From: Eukaryota sp. GEM-RC1
Lineage: Eukaryota
Direction of reading: 5' to 3'
NCBI GenBank assembly: GCA_040285855.1
Contig: JAUFOQ010000004.1
Location: forward strand, 2,542,001 to 2,606,000
DNA length: 64,000 nt
Under the pieces are notes generated by a model. That model saw only the letters and a program-made list of their open reading frames with translations, ran no database searches and was not told the DNA's origin. The position numbers and the translations under genes were made by a program. Each line of letters starts with the position of its first letter. Position 1 is the stretch's first letter. Below are positions 48,201 to 60,600 of this stretch, piece by piece.

Positions 48201-48639
48201 GTGTAAGTTTATAGAATATATCACTTTTTTCTTATCAGGTCTTGCTATAATGTTAATACAACAAACAGAAAACTACACCGTTTTATGTACATTTTTAACA
48301 AATATATCCAATATCATCCAAAATCTATTTTGTTTACACAACTATAAGCGGAACTAAAGACTTCTTCGATTTCTCAGCATCTGAGCAATGGTCTCTAATT
48401 TGCTTGTCCTACGACGTTGAGGAAACTTGTTTCGCCACCTCGCCAAGTTCTGGTAGCCATTTCATGACCAAACGCAAGGGTTGTTTGCAGTCACATTCAA
48501 AACAGTTTTAGAGAAAATTAGTACATCTTTTATACAAACGAATAAAATTTCCGAAACTCCAAAAACATGTGTTAAAATCAAAAACACGTGTTAGCAACAC
48601 TTACAAACAGCCAATCAAAATGACTTCAATTACTTTTGA

Positions 48640-50594
48640 TTACAAAATATGATCCATTTCACTGTCAGTTTCACGTGCTAAATCTGATATCTGAGAGTTT
48701 GTTCTAGACAAATGCTTCTTCACTTTACTCCTACATTGCCTTAGATTAGTACTAAACCTTGCACATTTATCTCTTCTTCGTTCTCTCTCTAAATCAACCC
48801 CAATTGGAGGTGCTCCAGACAATGTGTTCTTCACAAGATCTCCATAAGTATTAATAATACTTAATATATATGTCAAACCTGAAACAACATGACATTCCAC
48901 ATTAGAATCTAACAAAACATTGACAGCTGGAATCAAAATGACTGCTAAATCAAGATTTACACTTGCTCGATTTGAAGATCCTAATTCCAGAGCATTAAAA
49001 ACGTCATAAACAACCGAAGGATCACTCTTACTGATTAGCTCTTTGATTGCCTGTGACTGATCCCTACTCCATCGACTGGAAACTGATTTTAGAGATGTCA
49101 GTCGCGACATCAAAACTGATTGCAGAGTGCCCGTTTGAGTCTTTACCAATTCTAAAAAAGTCCTCAGCAAGGGAATTGAGAGAAGAATCTAGATTATTAC
49201 TATTGTTGTTCACAAGGAACGCTGACGGATCCAATCCAATCGGCGTGTCTTTTGGTTGTGGTATCATTGACAACTCAAATGAGCTCTTTTGTGATTGATT
49301 TTGACTTTGATGTGATGGATCAAAGTTTTTAGGAGCTGATTTTGAGCGGTGACTGTCATCTCCTTTAGATGAGTCAATCACTTTAGAATCTAATTTTTCT
49401 GTAATACCTTCATTCTGACCTCTTTCCTCTTTCGGAACAGATCCTAACTCGGGACTTATGTCTTCCTTTGGATAACTTCCTTTTGTCTGACTACTGCTAA
49501 CAACTGATGAATTAGGCATTTGAACTACATTTACACTTCGCCTCTCATCATCGTTTCTCCTCGGGACCCGTACTTCAACTGAATTATAGTAGTTCTTCGG
49601 AGGTTTCCCAATCGGGGCAATCAATTTTAAATCAGCCACGTGTATAGAGGCCACTGATCCATTACCCACAGCTGCTACTAGACTTTTACTATCTTGAGGT
49701 TGCACTAAGAGATCCATAACTCTAGCAGAATGACTAGTACTCCCACCCCAGTTAGCTACAACTGAGTCAGCTGAAGAGAGAGAACCGTTGGAGGATTGGG
49801 AGAAGGTCCAGGATTTGAGTAGAGTCTGGGTGGTGGAGAAAAGAGCATCACCATTGGGAGAGAAAGCGACGTTAGTTACAGGGGTGGCTTCAGTGGGAGA
49901 TGAAGCAGACAAGCTGAAGGTATCAAGCTCCCATAGCTTTGTAGTTCTATCCTCACTACCTGGAAGCAAGGAGGAAGTCAGTGGGATGAAAGGAGAGAGA
50001 AGTAAAGACACCTCCATCGTCAGTGAGAGTGGAGAGGACTTTGCCGGCAGTGATGTCCCATATTTTAAGCTTACCGTCAGCTCCAGCACTTATCACCCAG
50101 CGTCCATGAGGAGAGATTTTAACAGAAGTAACAGCAGATGAGTGCCCACGATAAGTAAAGATGTCCCGTCTAGAACGAATATCCCAGATTTTGATGTTAG
50201 TATCACGACTTCCGGAGACCATGACGTGACCATAAGGATGGAAGTCTAGACAAGTGGTAGAAGTACGATGTCCAACAAAAGTTTTCGATATTGATTCATG
50301 GGCAAGGTCAAATAGTTTTATAGCACCAGAATCAGATCCAGCAGCAATAACTTGCTCTTCAGGATCAAAAGAGATAGATGTAACGGGTGCATTGTGTTTT
50401 AAAGACTAAAGTCAGAAGAACAATAAGAAAGAGCATACAAGAGTGAGGTCTGGTTTGCCAATGGTCCAGACATTGACAGCTTTGTCTTTTCCTCCAGATG
50501 CAAAAACTAGTCCGGATTTTCGTCCAACATTAAGACAGTTGGTATCGTCTGTATGTGCAACAAGTTCTTGCACTCTAGAAATGCGTTTGGACAT
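48640..50594 (-). CDS. KATNB1: Katanin p80 WD40 subunit; intron 50406-50438; frameshifts near 49960 and 49160
   Basis: QELVAH..GRKSG..ASGG.DK.VNVW.IGKP, WD repeats, and C-terminal con80 motif PPIGVDLERERRRDKC. Confidence 0.92.
50406..50438 (-). other. 33-nt intron (contains an in-frame stop)
   Basis: GTATGC...CTGACTTTAG. Removal restores KPDLTLSLKHNAPV. Confidence 0.88.
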
Positions 50595-50669
50595 GAAAGG
50601 ATGTGAAAGTTAAAGTCAAGTGTAGATGAGAGGTGAGTTCAAGTGTTAAACTTGGTTTAGGCTAAATAC

Positions 50670-51834
50670 TAGGGCTGTTAATGGGAGATGGGAGTTTCTC
50701 CCACTCCCAACACGTGTTCTCCCACTACCACTCCCACCTCCCACTTGTCATAGGTGAGACTCCCACTCCCACTCCCACTCCCAACAAATTCTCCCAACTC
50801 CCACCCAACTCCCATTTTTGTATCTTCTAGTACAATGACACTTTACTTTATAAACATAACAATCACTAACTCTATCTCTGATTCATGAACAACTCTCTCA
50901 TCTCCCGACCTTTGAACCATGATTTCAAACAAAGGACTACTTCAATAGAATCACTACTCAAGGAAGCTCGTAACTTCGTAACAACACACCCTGCCTGAGA
51001 AAATAACTGTTCACTTGGATCTGATGAGGCTTGTGTTGTCATAAAGTTCTTAGCATACAATGTATGCGGATAGTCGTGAATACCTGTTGAAACACAACAC
51101 ATTTTGTATTTTAAACCAAATTCAGTAATAATTTCTTCCACAGCATCGGCAATGTTGATGGCAGTGTGGTTTTCTTTCAAGTGCTTAAAACCGTGGACGT
51201 ACATTGTAAATGTTTAAATTCCAGTCTTCAATACAGTGAACTGTTACCCCATTAAAATGCTTGTTTGTATTCGATGTCCATCTATCAATCCTAATAGATA
51301 CTTTAGAAGAATTACACACATTTTTGAATTTATCTATCAAGTATCCTTTAAATGACTCATAAACATTCAACATATCATTTCTTATCGTGGTTCTTTTTGG
51401 AATTTTGAAACTGAAAGAGAGGAAACAAATTCAATAAAATCAGGATGTTTAAACAGACCAGAGTTTTCAGGATCTTCAGATAAATCAAGCGATGACATTG
51501 GTTGAAATTTACAGATAAACAACCACGCTCTTTATAAAACGAAAATAAATAAAACAAAACAAAGACAGTAAAAATGTAATACACCTAGTCCTATTAATAT
51601 TCTAGAAAAATTATAACTGTATTTGTCTAGCTAGCTTGTTTCTGTTTTAAATTGAAGTTAGAGTTGTGTCTGTAAATGGGAGATGGGAGATTTTGGGAGT
51701 TCCCACCTCCCAACGGAGAGCTCCCACTCCCACTCCCAAAAATTGCTACTGAAGCTCCCACTCCCACTCCCAAGGGTCATGAGAGATGGGAGTTGGGTGG
51801 GAGTTGGGAGAAATGGGAGAAATTGACAGCCCTA
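50670..51834 (-). mobile_element. Internally deleted hAT transposon (1165 bp)
   Basis: TIR TAGGGCTGT(T/C)AAT, perfect 8-bp TSD CTAAATAC, CTCCCA subterminal repeats, and transposase remnants (IDRWTS, HTA.NI, SEQLFSQAG). Confidence 0.93.
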
Positions 51835-52780
51835 CTAAATACACACCCCCATGGACGACAATTTTTCCTTGACACAACAATTCTTCCCCTGATTGATTCC
51901 TTCTTATCTCAATCCATATAACTCGTACATGTGTTCCTCAATGCATTACACTCAATGTTTTCTTTTAGGAGTAGTGTTTACTTAAGCGAACGTGTTCAGC
52001 AAGCATTAATAAATCGGCTTCCATTGTATTACAACACTTTCCAAGAGCCGAGACATTGTGACCTGTCGCTCTATGATCAGAAGAGATCAACGGAAATCTA
52101 GTGATACTCTAGTTACTGGAAGATTGTCTTGTGACATCTGCTTCCCACATTTGACTCATGGAGAAATAAGCAGAAAGAGTAGAACATGTTTGGTTTATTG
52201 ATGCAGATAAATGTGTCTTAGATCGTACTCCAGATCATACTGTCTAGGTGTGATGAGACCATACACTAGGTACAACAACTGACTTTAATTATGATGTACG
52301 TTGCAATTTATCAAACTCAAGATTGTAGTCTTCCATTGAAAGCTGATAACTTCCTTTTTTTGGGGAGTGATGTCTCCATCAGATGTGACAGGCTTGTTTC
52401 TTAATAGCCTTAGTCATGCTGTTGACTACTTTATGATGACTATCATCCACAGTGTCACTTATCAAGCTGTTGTCGAAGAAAAGTACGATCTCAATTTACG
52501 AGTTCAAAAACTGAAATAGTGAATGCGCTAAGAACAACGAGGAAATAGCGAGAACAATAAACAATCACTGTTACAAAGGAAAGAAGGAAGAAACAGATTA
52601 GATAACGTAATGTATAACGATATCAAAAAAAGGAAAGTCTATGTTTGCAAGGAAAGTAGATGGAGAGAACAACGGCAACCAAGGAAAAGAATTGTTGTGC
52701 AAGAAAGAAAATGTCGTCCGTGGGGGTGTGTATTTAGCCTATCCCTTAAACTTTCGGTTCATCCTAGACTTACTTTTCTT

Positions 52781-55700
52781 ATGGAGAAAGTCTCACAGAA
52801 TAACTTCTTGGAAGCTTATTCTACTGTGATAAGCTTTCTATCGTCTCATGGGTGTACAGACACCGTCAAATTGTATGTCTTTTTTGCTCTAACATTAGAG
52901 CAAAACGTGATTTTGGTGTTGAGATCGATCTTGATGAAATCGAGCAATGTATCTTGTCTATGGACTATTTTCGAGCACTTGAACTTATATCTCAGTCTTT
53001 TAAAGACACTCCTTCAATCTTACAAACTAAACACGACATATCCTTACAAGCTTTAGCCGATGCCATTGTTTCTGGTGACAATGATCTGGCTGAAAAGTAC
53101 TTCTCTTACAACATTGGTCTTTTGAAGAAGCATCCATCAAAGAATGAAGAGCTACTTGCCCAGGCTCACCAAGTCCTAGATGTCTTCATCACCGAAGACC
53201 TAGAACTTGTAACTGGAAGTCAAGAGTCCAACAAGGAGTGGCTGGAATCTTGGAGACCTCACCTTGCTGCCTCAGTCAAACAGTCTCTTCAAACTGAGTG
53301 GATCTCCCAAGGCCATCCCCACCCTACCTCTCTTCCTCCACCCACTGCTTCTCTTGAGGAGCTCATATCTAAGTCCAAGGTCGTCGTCCCTGCCCCCGTT
53401 ACTGCAGGTCTCCCCCGTAGAAGCAGAGCTCTACGCAGACCTCTTTTCACTATGTCTGGAATTCCTCCTCCAGTCCCTAAGAAAGCTAGAGAAGTTGAAC
53501 TTCCTCTTACCCCACCTCCTACTAAACCTTCTAAACCAACACCCTCTGTCCCCACTCAGCCTACCCCAACTGTCCCCTCCACTCTCTCTCAAAGTGTTCC
53601 TTCAGCTCCACCTCTCCCTGAGACTCCAGCCAAGGAGGTTTCTGCTCCAGAGGTTGAAGAACCAATGGAAGATGACTCAGAAGTGATTAGAGAAAAGGAA
53701 GAGGCTCGAAGCCTTGAGATTAGGAAGGATTCCCTAGCACCATTTACTTATCGTGGATATTTAGATCTTAATACCGCAATTACAAAAGCTCATCCACTTG
53801 ATAGCAGTTGTGTGTTAGAAGGTGGATTTGATGGATCTGTGAGATTAGTCAAGTTTGAAATCACCAATCAAAATTCAATCATCGTCTATCAAGATGACAG
53901 TCGCAAATCGTCAGTCTCTTGTCTTTGTTTCTCTAGTGATGGAGGTTACTTTGCAGCTGGATCTAAGTCTGGTAGGATAGCTGTCTACAAAATGACTGAG
54001 GATGGTGCTGTTCGAAACCTGTCTGAAAGTAGATCTTCTCATAACAAACCAATTGTTGACGTTTGCTTTTACACTCGTGAGACATCTAATGGATCTCAAT
54101 TCCTAGTTTTTTCTGTATCTCAAGACAATGATTTGAAGTGTTTTAATGCTTTTACTGGAGAATTGGTTCATGAAACTACTGTTACCAATGTTAAACCTAA
54201 GGGAAAGCCAGCTAGATTATTAGTTGAGTTCATTAGCAACTCTTTAGTTCTTTTCATGGACAATGGAACCCACTTTTGCTTCACTTCTTTAGATGGAGAC
54301 TTTGGCCAGGCACAACCTCTACCAATCACAATGTCCAAACAATGCCAAGTTGTTGACGCTATTTTTGGCTCTGAATCATGCTACGTGTTAATGATTGGCG
54401 TCACATCACACGTCGTTAGATTAGATCTCTCCATCCCATCCCCGGTACCACCCCGGTGTTCGAGTTCTGTCGTGAACTCACGGGAGTAGTCCTCCCCTCT
54501 TCTCTTCCTGAGAATACTCACTTATCTTTGGCTATTGTCAACGATCTCCTCTTTGTCCCGTGTACAGCAGGTTTAGGTCTCCATTGGACTCAGAACAAGG
54601 ACGTGTTGTTGGAGGTTTATACAATGAAGGATGTTAATAACGTATATTACTCTCTTTCAGTTAGTAATGATGGTAACACTCTGTTCTTGGCAGATGCTCA
54701 TAACAAGTTATCCTTATACTCTAATCAGAACTCTTTCCTTCCTCAAGTCCCAATCACGTCATTTGATGTAAGCCTCCAACAAGTCCCCGGGTTACCCTTA
54801 CCTCCCCCCTCCTAGAATGAAAACTCCTAGACTGAAGCCCTACCAGCTGACTCTGTCTAAGTCTTGTGGAAATCCTATTAAAAGAGGAGCTATCAACAAG
54901 TCATGTCAGTCATCCCAACTTCTGTACACTGTCAATTCAGCTAATGAAGTTTTCCCTTGGAGAGTTCCTATCTCTTTAGATGAACCTATGGTCATTGAAC
55001 CTCTCCTTGACCACACTGTTAAGATCGTACCTACCCGTGGTGAAGTTTCAGGTTTCTCACTCGTACCTAACGGTAAATATCTCCTAGTAGGATCTGGAGA
55101 TAACGCTACTGTTCTCAAGAGTGTCTTTGAGGATTCTACACTCCAATCATTTGGCCCTATGCCCCATCATATTGGATTTGATCGGTTGGTACCTACTGAT
55201 TTTGTTTATTCTATCTGTAGTTGTCCAACTGACCCCAACTTCCCTTGCATATGGAACTTACAAGTCTATCTGTGGTACTTCGAAAGTACAACGTAATTCT
55301 CCCAAGGAAACGTTACCACGACCCACAAATGACGTGACCTCAGTGATTGATGTTGCCTTTTGCCTGGTTTCCTTCTATCAATGTCTGAGTGGACTCTACT
55401 CTGTTATAAACACTCTTTCTCATCAGGACCTAAGAAGGAGCACACCGTCTCTCATCAATATGACGTGATGATTCAGGACCACACGTGTCAATTCAAAGGA
55501 TTTTCTCCAAATCCTAACCACCAGTTTGATGAAGAAGGTTTTTCAATTCTCTCTGTTGCTGATAATTTCATTGATGAATTAACAATTGTTGAGGAGAAAG
55601 TAGATGTTACTAGAGTTTTGGACGTTAAGAAACAAGGATTTGGTCCTTTAGTCGGCGCTACTCTTGTGTATGGACCTCACAAAGTCATTTTCTACATTGC

Positions 55701-55878
55701 AAAACAAGTATTTGGTGCTTTTTATCCTGGAGAACCTAACCTTTCTTTTGAAAAGAACTATTCATCTCAAATGGAGCCAGATGTGGTCTTTGTGCAAGTT
55801 TTACCCAGTTATTACTTTTCTGGAGTGTTTATATTATGTTCAGATGGTTCTGTTATGTGTGTTCAGACTTTATCCTAA
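52781..55878 (+). CDS. LisH/CTLH-like N-terminus, Pro-rich linker and WD40/beta-propeller protein; intron 52873-52898; several frameshifts
   Basis: VISFLSSHGCTDTVKLAKRDFGVEIDLDEIEQCIL, followed by WD-like repeats. ORFs join across homopolymer indels. Confidence 0.6.
52873..52898 (+). other. 26-nt intron
   Basis: GTATGT...CTAACATTAG. Removal joins the ATG exon to the long ORF in frame. Confidence 0.85.
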
Positions 55879-56119
55879 ATTTTTAAATTTTGTAGAAGTC
55901 GTTATGTACGATTTGCTTTTAAATAAGTTATAACGTACCAAAAAGTAATTATTTTTGAATATAAAATACTACTGTAATTTGAATGCTCAGTATTTAGACA
56001 TCGATAACGATTATAATATAATCATTATAACAATTTATTAATGATTGGAATTAAAGATATCAAATCACCTTGATTAATCAGAAACTTTCCATTCTCAGTA
56101 AAGTAATTATCATTGGATT

Positions 56120-57418
56120 TCACTCTTTCCTTTCCAAAAACTTGATTGATTCGACTAGTTCAAAACCAACTGATTGCATTGCTTTATAAAGGTCAAAAAT
56201 CGAAATTAGACCTAAGAATTGTCCCGAGAAAGCAAAAATACCATTAAAATGTGAAATTTTTGTGATTTGAAATTTGGATGACTGTTCGTATTTTTTCGTG
56301 ATGGTAGGTAAAATTTCAAAAATCAATAACATTTCATTAGATGTCGCACAAATCAAAAGACCATGTCCAAAAGACCATAAAGCTGCTGCAGTAATTTTGG
56401 ACCATGAGAACTGCAAATGATTGTAACTATTAATTACTTTTGATTGATTAGAATCAATCAAAAGAATAGAGACATCAGTAACAACCAAGAACAGATCAGA
56501 ATGAGATAAATTAAAAAATCCGATTACATCTGTAACATTTTCATCAAGAAATGTAATTGTACTAGATATAGGTTCACTCCCAGAAAGATTTGTAGCTGCG
56601 AAACCTTTTACAAACGCAGAATAAACAGAATTACTACTACTTTTGAATATAGAAACACCATTGTCTATTTTCTTTGAAATTAATCTGCTTTTCTTCTGAT
56701 TTTCAATAAAAACCTCATTTTTAAATTCTGGAAAAGTTACAACTTTGTGGTTTCGCCTACTACCTTTAGAATTATACACAAATCCGTACTCAAAAGTCCC
56801 AATAAAACCGTCATAAAAGGGCTCAAAATGAGTGATTGGTGCTGGAGATGATTGCAATGACGTGTGCTTCATTGTTGATTCTGTCCTCATCACCCACAGA
56901 TTGGATTTCGTTCCAGATACTACAATGAGTGGGGAGCTTGAAGTGGTAATGAAGAGAGAAAGTGGAGAAAATGTAATAGATGAGGATGAGAGCGAGGTTC
57001 CAATAGAGGAATACATGATAATCTCCCTAAAAGAAGTGGTGGTAGCTATGAGGAATGAATGACTGTCATTGGCATAGGAAGCAGTAATTGAAGAAGAGTG
57101 GGAAAGAGGGATGTGAGAGATGGGAAGATGTGTGAAATGATGATTGGAGAACAGTGGAGCACATGAGCAGAGAGAAAGCTTTGGAAGCAGAGGATGGCAG
57201 ATGGGGCAGGACGAAATGACGTGATTCTCAGAAAGAGGACAAGAAAGTTGTCGTGCTAGAGGTAGGGATACTCTCCATGAACTGAACTTATTGAAGAAGT
57301 GTTTGGATGTGAGGCTTAGAGAGAACAGGTCTTGCAGATCCAGATGAGAGAACACATTGAATAGAAGTGGATCAGGGAGCTGAAGAAGAAGACAATCAGT
57401 TTTGGCTCTCTTTTGCAT
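56120..57418 (-). CDS. F-box protein with putative beta-propeller
   Basis: LLQLPDPLLFNVFSHLDLQDLFSLSLTSKHF is an F-box consensus. Confidence 0.72.
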   Translation of the reverse strand: MQKRAKTDCLLLQLPDPLLFNVFSHLDLQDLFSLSLTSKHFFNKFSSWRVSLPLARQLSCPLSENHVISSCPICHPLLPKLSLCSCAPLFSNHHFTHLPISHIPLSHSSSITASYANDSHSFLIATTTSFREIIMYSSIGTSLSSSSITFSPLSLFITTSSSPLIVVSGTKSNLWVMRTESTMKHTSLQSSPAPITHFEPFYDGFIGTFEYGFVYNSKGSRRNHKVVTFPEFKNEVFIENQKKSRLISKKIDNGVSIFKSSSNSVYSAFVKGFAATNLSGSEPISSTITFLDENVTDVIGFFNLSHSDLFLVVTDVSILLIDSNQSKVINSYNHLQFSWSKITAAALWSFGHGLLICATSNEMLLIFEILPTITKKYEQSSKFQITKISHFNGIFAFSGQFLGLISIFDLYKAMQSVGFELVESIKFLERKE

Positions 57419-57512
57419 GGTTTCAGCATTCAACGAGGAGGGAACATCAACAAAATGGTACACGTAAATACCTTTAGAACTCACTTGGAGAGCATAGAAC
57501 AGCAAACCATTA

Positions 57513-57584
57513 TCTTCTGTAGTGTAATGGTTAGCACAGATGACTCTGAATCATCTAATCCCAGTTCGATTCTGGGCAGAAGAA
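57513..57584 (+). tRNA. tRNA-Gln (anticodon CUG)
   Basis: Full cloverleaf: acceptor TCTTCTG/CAGAAGA, D arm GTGT/GCAC, anticodon stem GATGA/TCATC with loop CTCTGAA, T arm CCCAG-TTCGATT-CTGGG. Confidence 0.93.
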
Positions 57585-57768
57585 TATCATTTTCTTTAGA
57601 ATTCGGTCTTTTCAGACTATGTTCTTCTGTTTATGCTAATAATTACTCAAGTTAATCACTTAACGTTGGCCAGTGCACTAGGTGAGTGACAATTTAGTTT
57701 ACAGGAATCATCTTTCAGTCAGTACTTTATAATCAGTTGTCAAGTGTTGTTTATAGATCAGTTTTAAA

Positions 57769-58083
57769 CATAGCTGTCCATAACACCAACTACCTGATTG
57801 TCATGAAGTAATGGTGTCATGACATTCATTACATCATTACACCCATAATTGAAAAGTAGATGTGATCAAATCAAAATACAGATACAACAAATTACAGTCT
57901 TATGCAAACTCAATTGGTTATTTACTTCTCTGTGTGATTAGCATACTTTACTATTGATTGTATATCAAAAATGTCAAAAAACTACCCTGTTGAACTATTT
58001 AACGATGTTACGTTTGTCATGACATAAAGTGTTAATTTGTCATGACGTCATTACAGAGTGTCATGACGTAATGGACAGCTATG
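57769..58083. mobile_element. hAT-type MITE (315 bp)
   Basis: Perfect 13-bp TIR CATAGCTGTCCAT, 8-bp TSD GTTTTAAA, and GTCATGA(C) repeats. Confidence 0.9.
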
Positions 58084-58458
58084 GTTTTAAACAGGAAAAC
58101 AGGACTCAAATCAGGTGACAGGTCAAACATTCAGACCAAATATGGTTTTTGTTTTCAATGGTAACGTATTTCATTAATCACAAATTCATGTTAATAACGT
58201 TAAGCACAATTATCCAAGAAATTTATTAGCGTTTTTCTATGATTATTGATAGTTAAAAGAACCATTGAAAATATGGATTTCAAGTCATGTCAGGGTAATC
58301 AAAAGGAATTCACCTAACCATGGCCCTTTCTAGGTTGAGGGTTCCAAAAGGTCAAACTGTCACTTACACTTAGCGAGAATGCTAAACTATCTATGTTCCC
58401 ATTATAATGGTAACTGCTACTGAATTATAAACATCATCAATGAAACCACAATCCATGA

Positions 58459-59871
58459 TCAATCAACAATCATTTTGTGCTTTAATTCTTTTGGAATTAA
58501 ACTACTCACCTCATTTTCAAAACAATTCCTTACCAATACAACTTGCCTTAAAATCTTATTAACAGAGAACACCTTGACAAAGAGCTTTAAGGTAGATATT
58601 CTGCCTCCATTTTCTGACAAATTCAACCACTCCAAAGATGAATTCCTCAACAACGCTCTCCCCAATGCTACGCCTCCATCAAGCCCAATGAAGTTCCACT
58701 CTAGATCCAGCCGTCTAAGTTCTGTATTCAGAGACAGACCACTAGCGATCTCTTTAGCCCCTTCATTTCCTAATCCATTTCCCTTTAAGGAAAGTGAACG
58801 TAGTCCTTGATTGAGGGCCAGCGATTGACCGATAGCTGACCCTCCTTCTGGATTGAGTTTGGTATAATTCAATTCAAGTGATTTTAGAGTTGAATTGACT
58901 ATTAAAAGACGACTGAATGCAACACCACCAGCAACTTCAATTGAATTACTACTAAGAATTAATGAAGTCAAGGTAGTATTAAACTCAAGGGAATTAGCCA
59001 AAGCAAAAGCTCCTACACTAGTAATGTTGTTACCTTCAAGATTTAAGTTCTGTAAGGAGGAATTCACTTTAAGGAGATCTGCAAGGAACACGCACCTTCA
59101 TCTTTTATTCCATTCATTCGAAGAACAAAAGATTTAAGTGAGAAGTTGGTGGACAGAGAAGATGAGAGAACAAGAGATCCAGCGGTGGTTACTTGTACAT
59201 GGGATAAGTCAATATGAGTAAGAGAGGTAGAAGAAGAAAGAAAGTTGGCAGAGTTTCAGATCCAATAATTCCTATTGGATTGTAGCTAAGGTTGAGAGAG
59301 GAAAGTGGAGTAAAAGAGATCAAATTGATTAGATTAACAAGGTTATCGTGGGACATTAGGCATCGAGACAAATTGAGATATTTTAAATTTTGACAATATG
59401 TTAGAGAATCTGGTTTGAGATAATCAAAAACGGTTCAGAAGCAGAAACTGCGATGGAGAGTACATAGATAGGATTGAAGTGAAGAGTTCCAGAGGAAAGA
59501 TTTTCTAGGTGGATTTGATGAGGACTACTGTTGAAGAAAGTGAACAAGTTTATCCATTCAAAGCTATACGTAGAGTCAATGGTAAAAGGAAGTGAAAAGA
59601 GATGGCTTTTAATGGCAACAGTCGTGGCTTCAAGGAATCTACCACTTACAAAGCCAAAGTTCAATAAAACATTGTGGAGAGAGAGTACAGTAGAAAAGTA
59701 ACTGTTAGAGTTAGTACTACCTAGGAGTGAGTGGTAGACTATGAGAGATATTTGACTTTGGGGTAGGTGTATAGGATCTCCATGGATAGGTTGCTCGATT
59801 GATTCTGGATTACGTACAACTGAATCACTTTCGTCTGAGGATCGGAGTAAAGCAAGAACTTTGTTGAACAT
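58459..59871 (-). CDS. RI-like leucine-rich repeat protein (frameshifted)
   Basis: 28-aa repeats of the type L..N..L..L.L..N.I...G...LA. Confidence 0.8.
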
Positions 59872-60089
59872 CCATACAGATGTAGTTAGAATGTTGCATC
59901 ACGGACTTATGCAATGGAAACACGAGAGTTTTCTCGAATTACTTTTTCTAATTGTGTCTGGGATACATTACAAATAGATGACAAAAAACTCCAGATGTTA
60001 GGTTTACGGCCTTGCTATTCGGTTGTAACTCAAAGTGTGTTTTCTGCTCATTCTCTATCAACTAAATTAAAAGAAATTTAAAGTGTGAT

Positions 60090-60549
60090 TTATAATTTGG
60101 GAGTTCCAAAAGCATACAGTTTTGAAACATAAATTCCAGATCCACCAAAGTTTTCTGTCTAAAATAAGTAGGAAAATAAAACAAACAATTTCCAGTTTAA
60201 TAAAGCAAGCATCCATAGGATTCTCGAGATCAAACAAATGATCCCCAGCCCTGTGTTCTAGTTCACCTTCTGTAACGTTTTCCCAAGTAGATCCATCCAT
60301 TGACAGATAGAAGTTGACGATACGAGGATTTTGGTTGTTTTCTCCATGAAGATACACACCGACACGATGTATGACACTAGGATCGGCAAATTTCATGACG
60401 ACAAAGTGTGGAGGTTGACAAGAAACATGAGTGAACCAAACAAGAGATGCATCACGAAGAAGCAGATTCGAGCATCGACTTTCATGATGATATTGTGAAG
60501 AGAATTCGACTATCTCAGCACCAGATTCAGAGATAGCAAGATTACGCAT
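60090..60549 (-). CDS. Small discoidin/F5-8 type C (galactose-binding-like) domain protein; intron 60159-60186
   Basis: W....PPHFVV.....P....FYLSMDGSTW...ACFIKLEI|TENFGG..IYVSKLYAFG. Confidence 0.65.
60159..60186 (-). other. 28-nt intron
   Basis: GTTTGT...CTTATTTTAG. Removal gives a plausible domain C-terminus. Confidence 0.82.
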
Positions 60550-60600
60550 ACAAGAGAAGAGTGAAAGATCTTGACAAGAAAATTCCCGGCACTTTGCAAA

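Noticed and set aside
50690..51820. CTCCCA/TGGGAG repeats as telomeric or G-quadruplex arrays
   Set aside because: They are subterminal repeats of a hAT element with TIRs and an 8-bp TSD.
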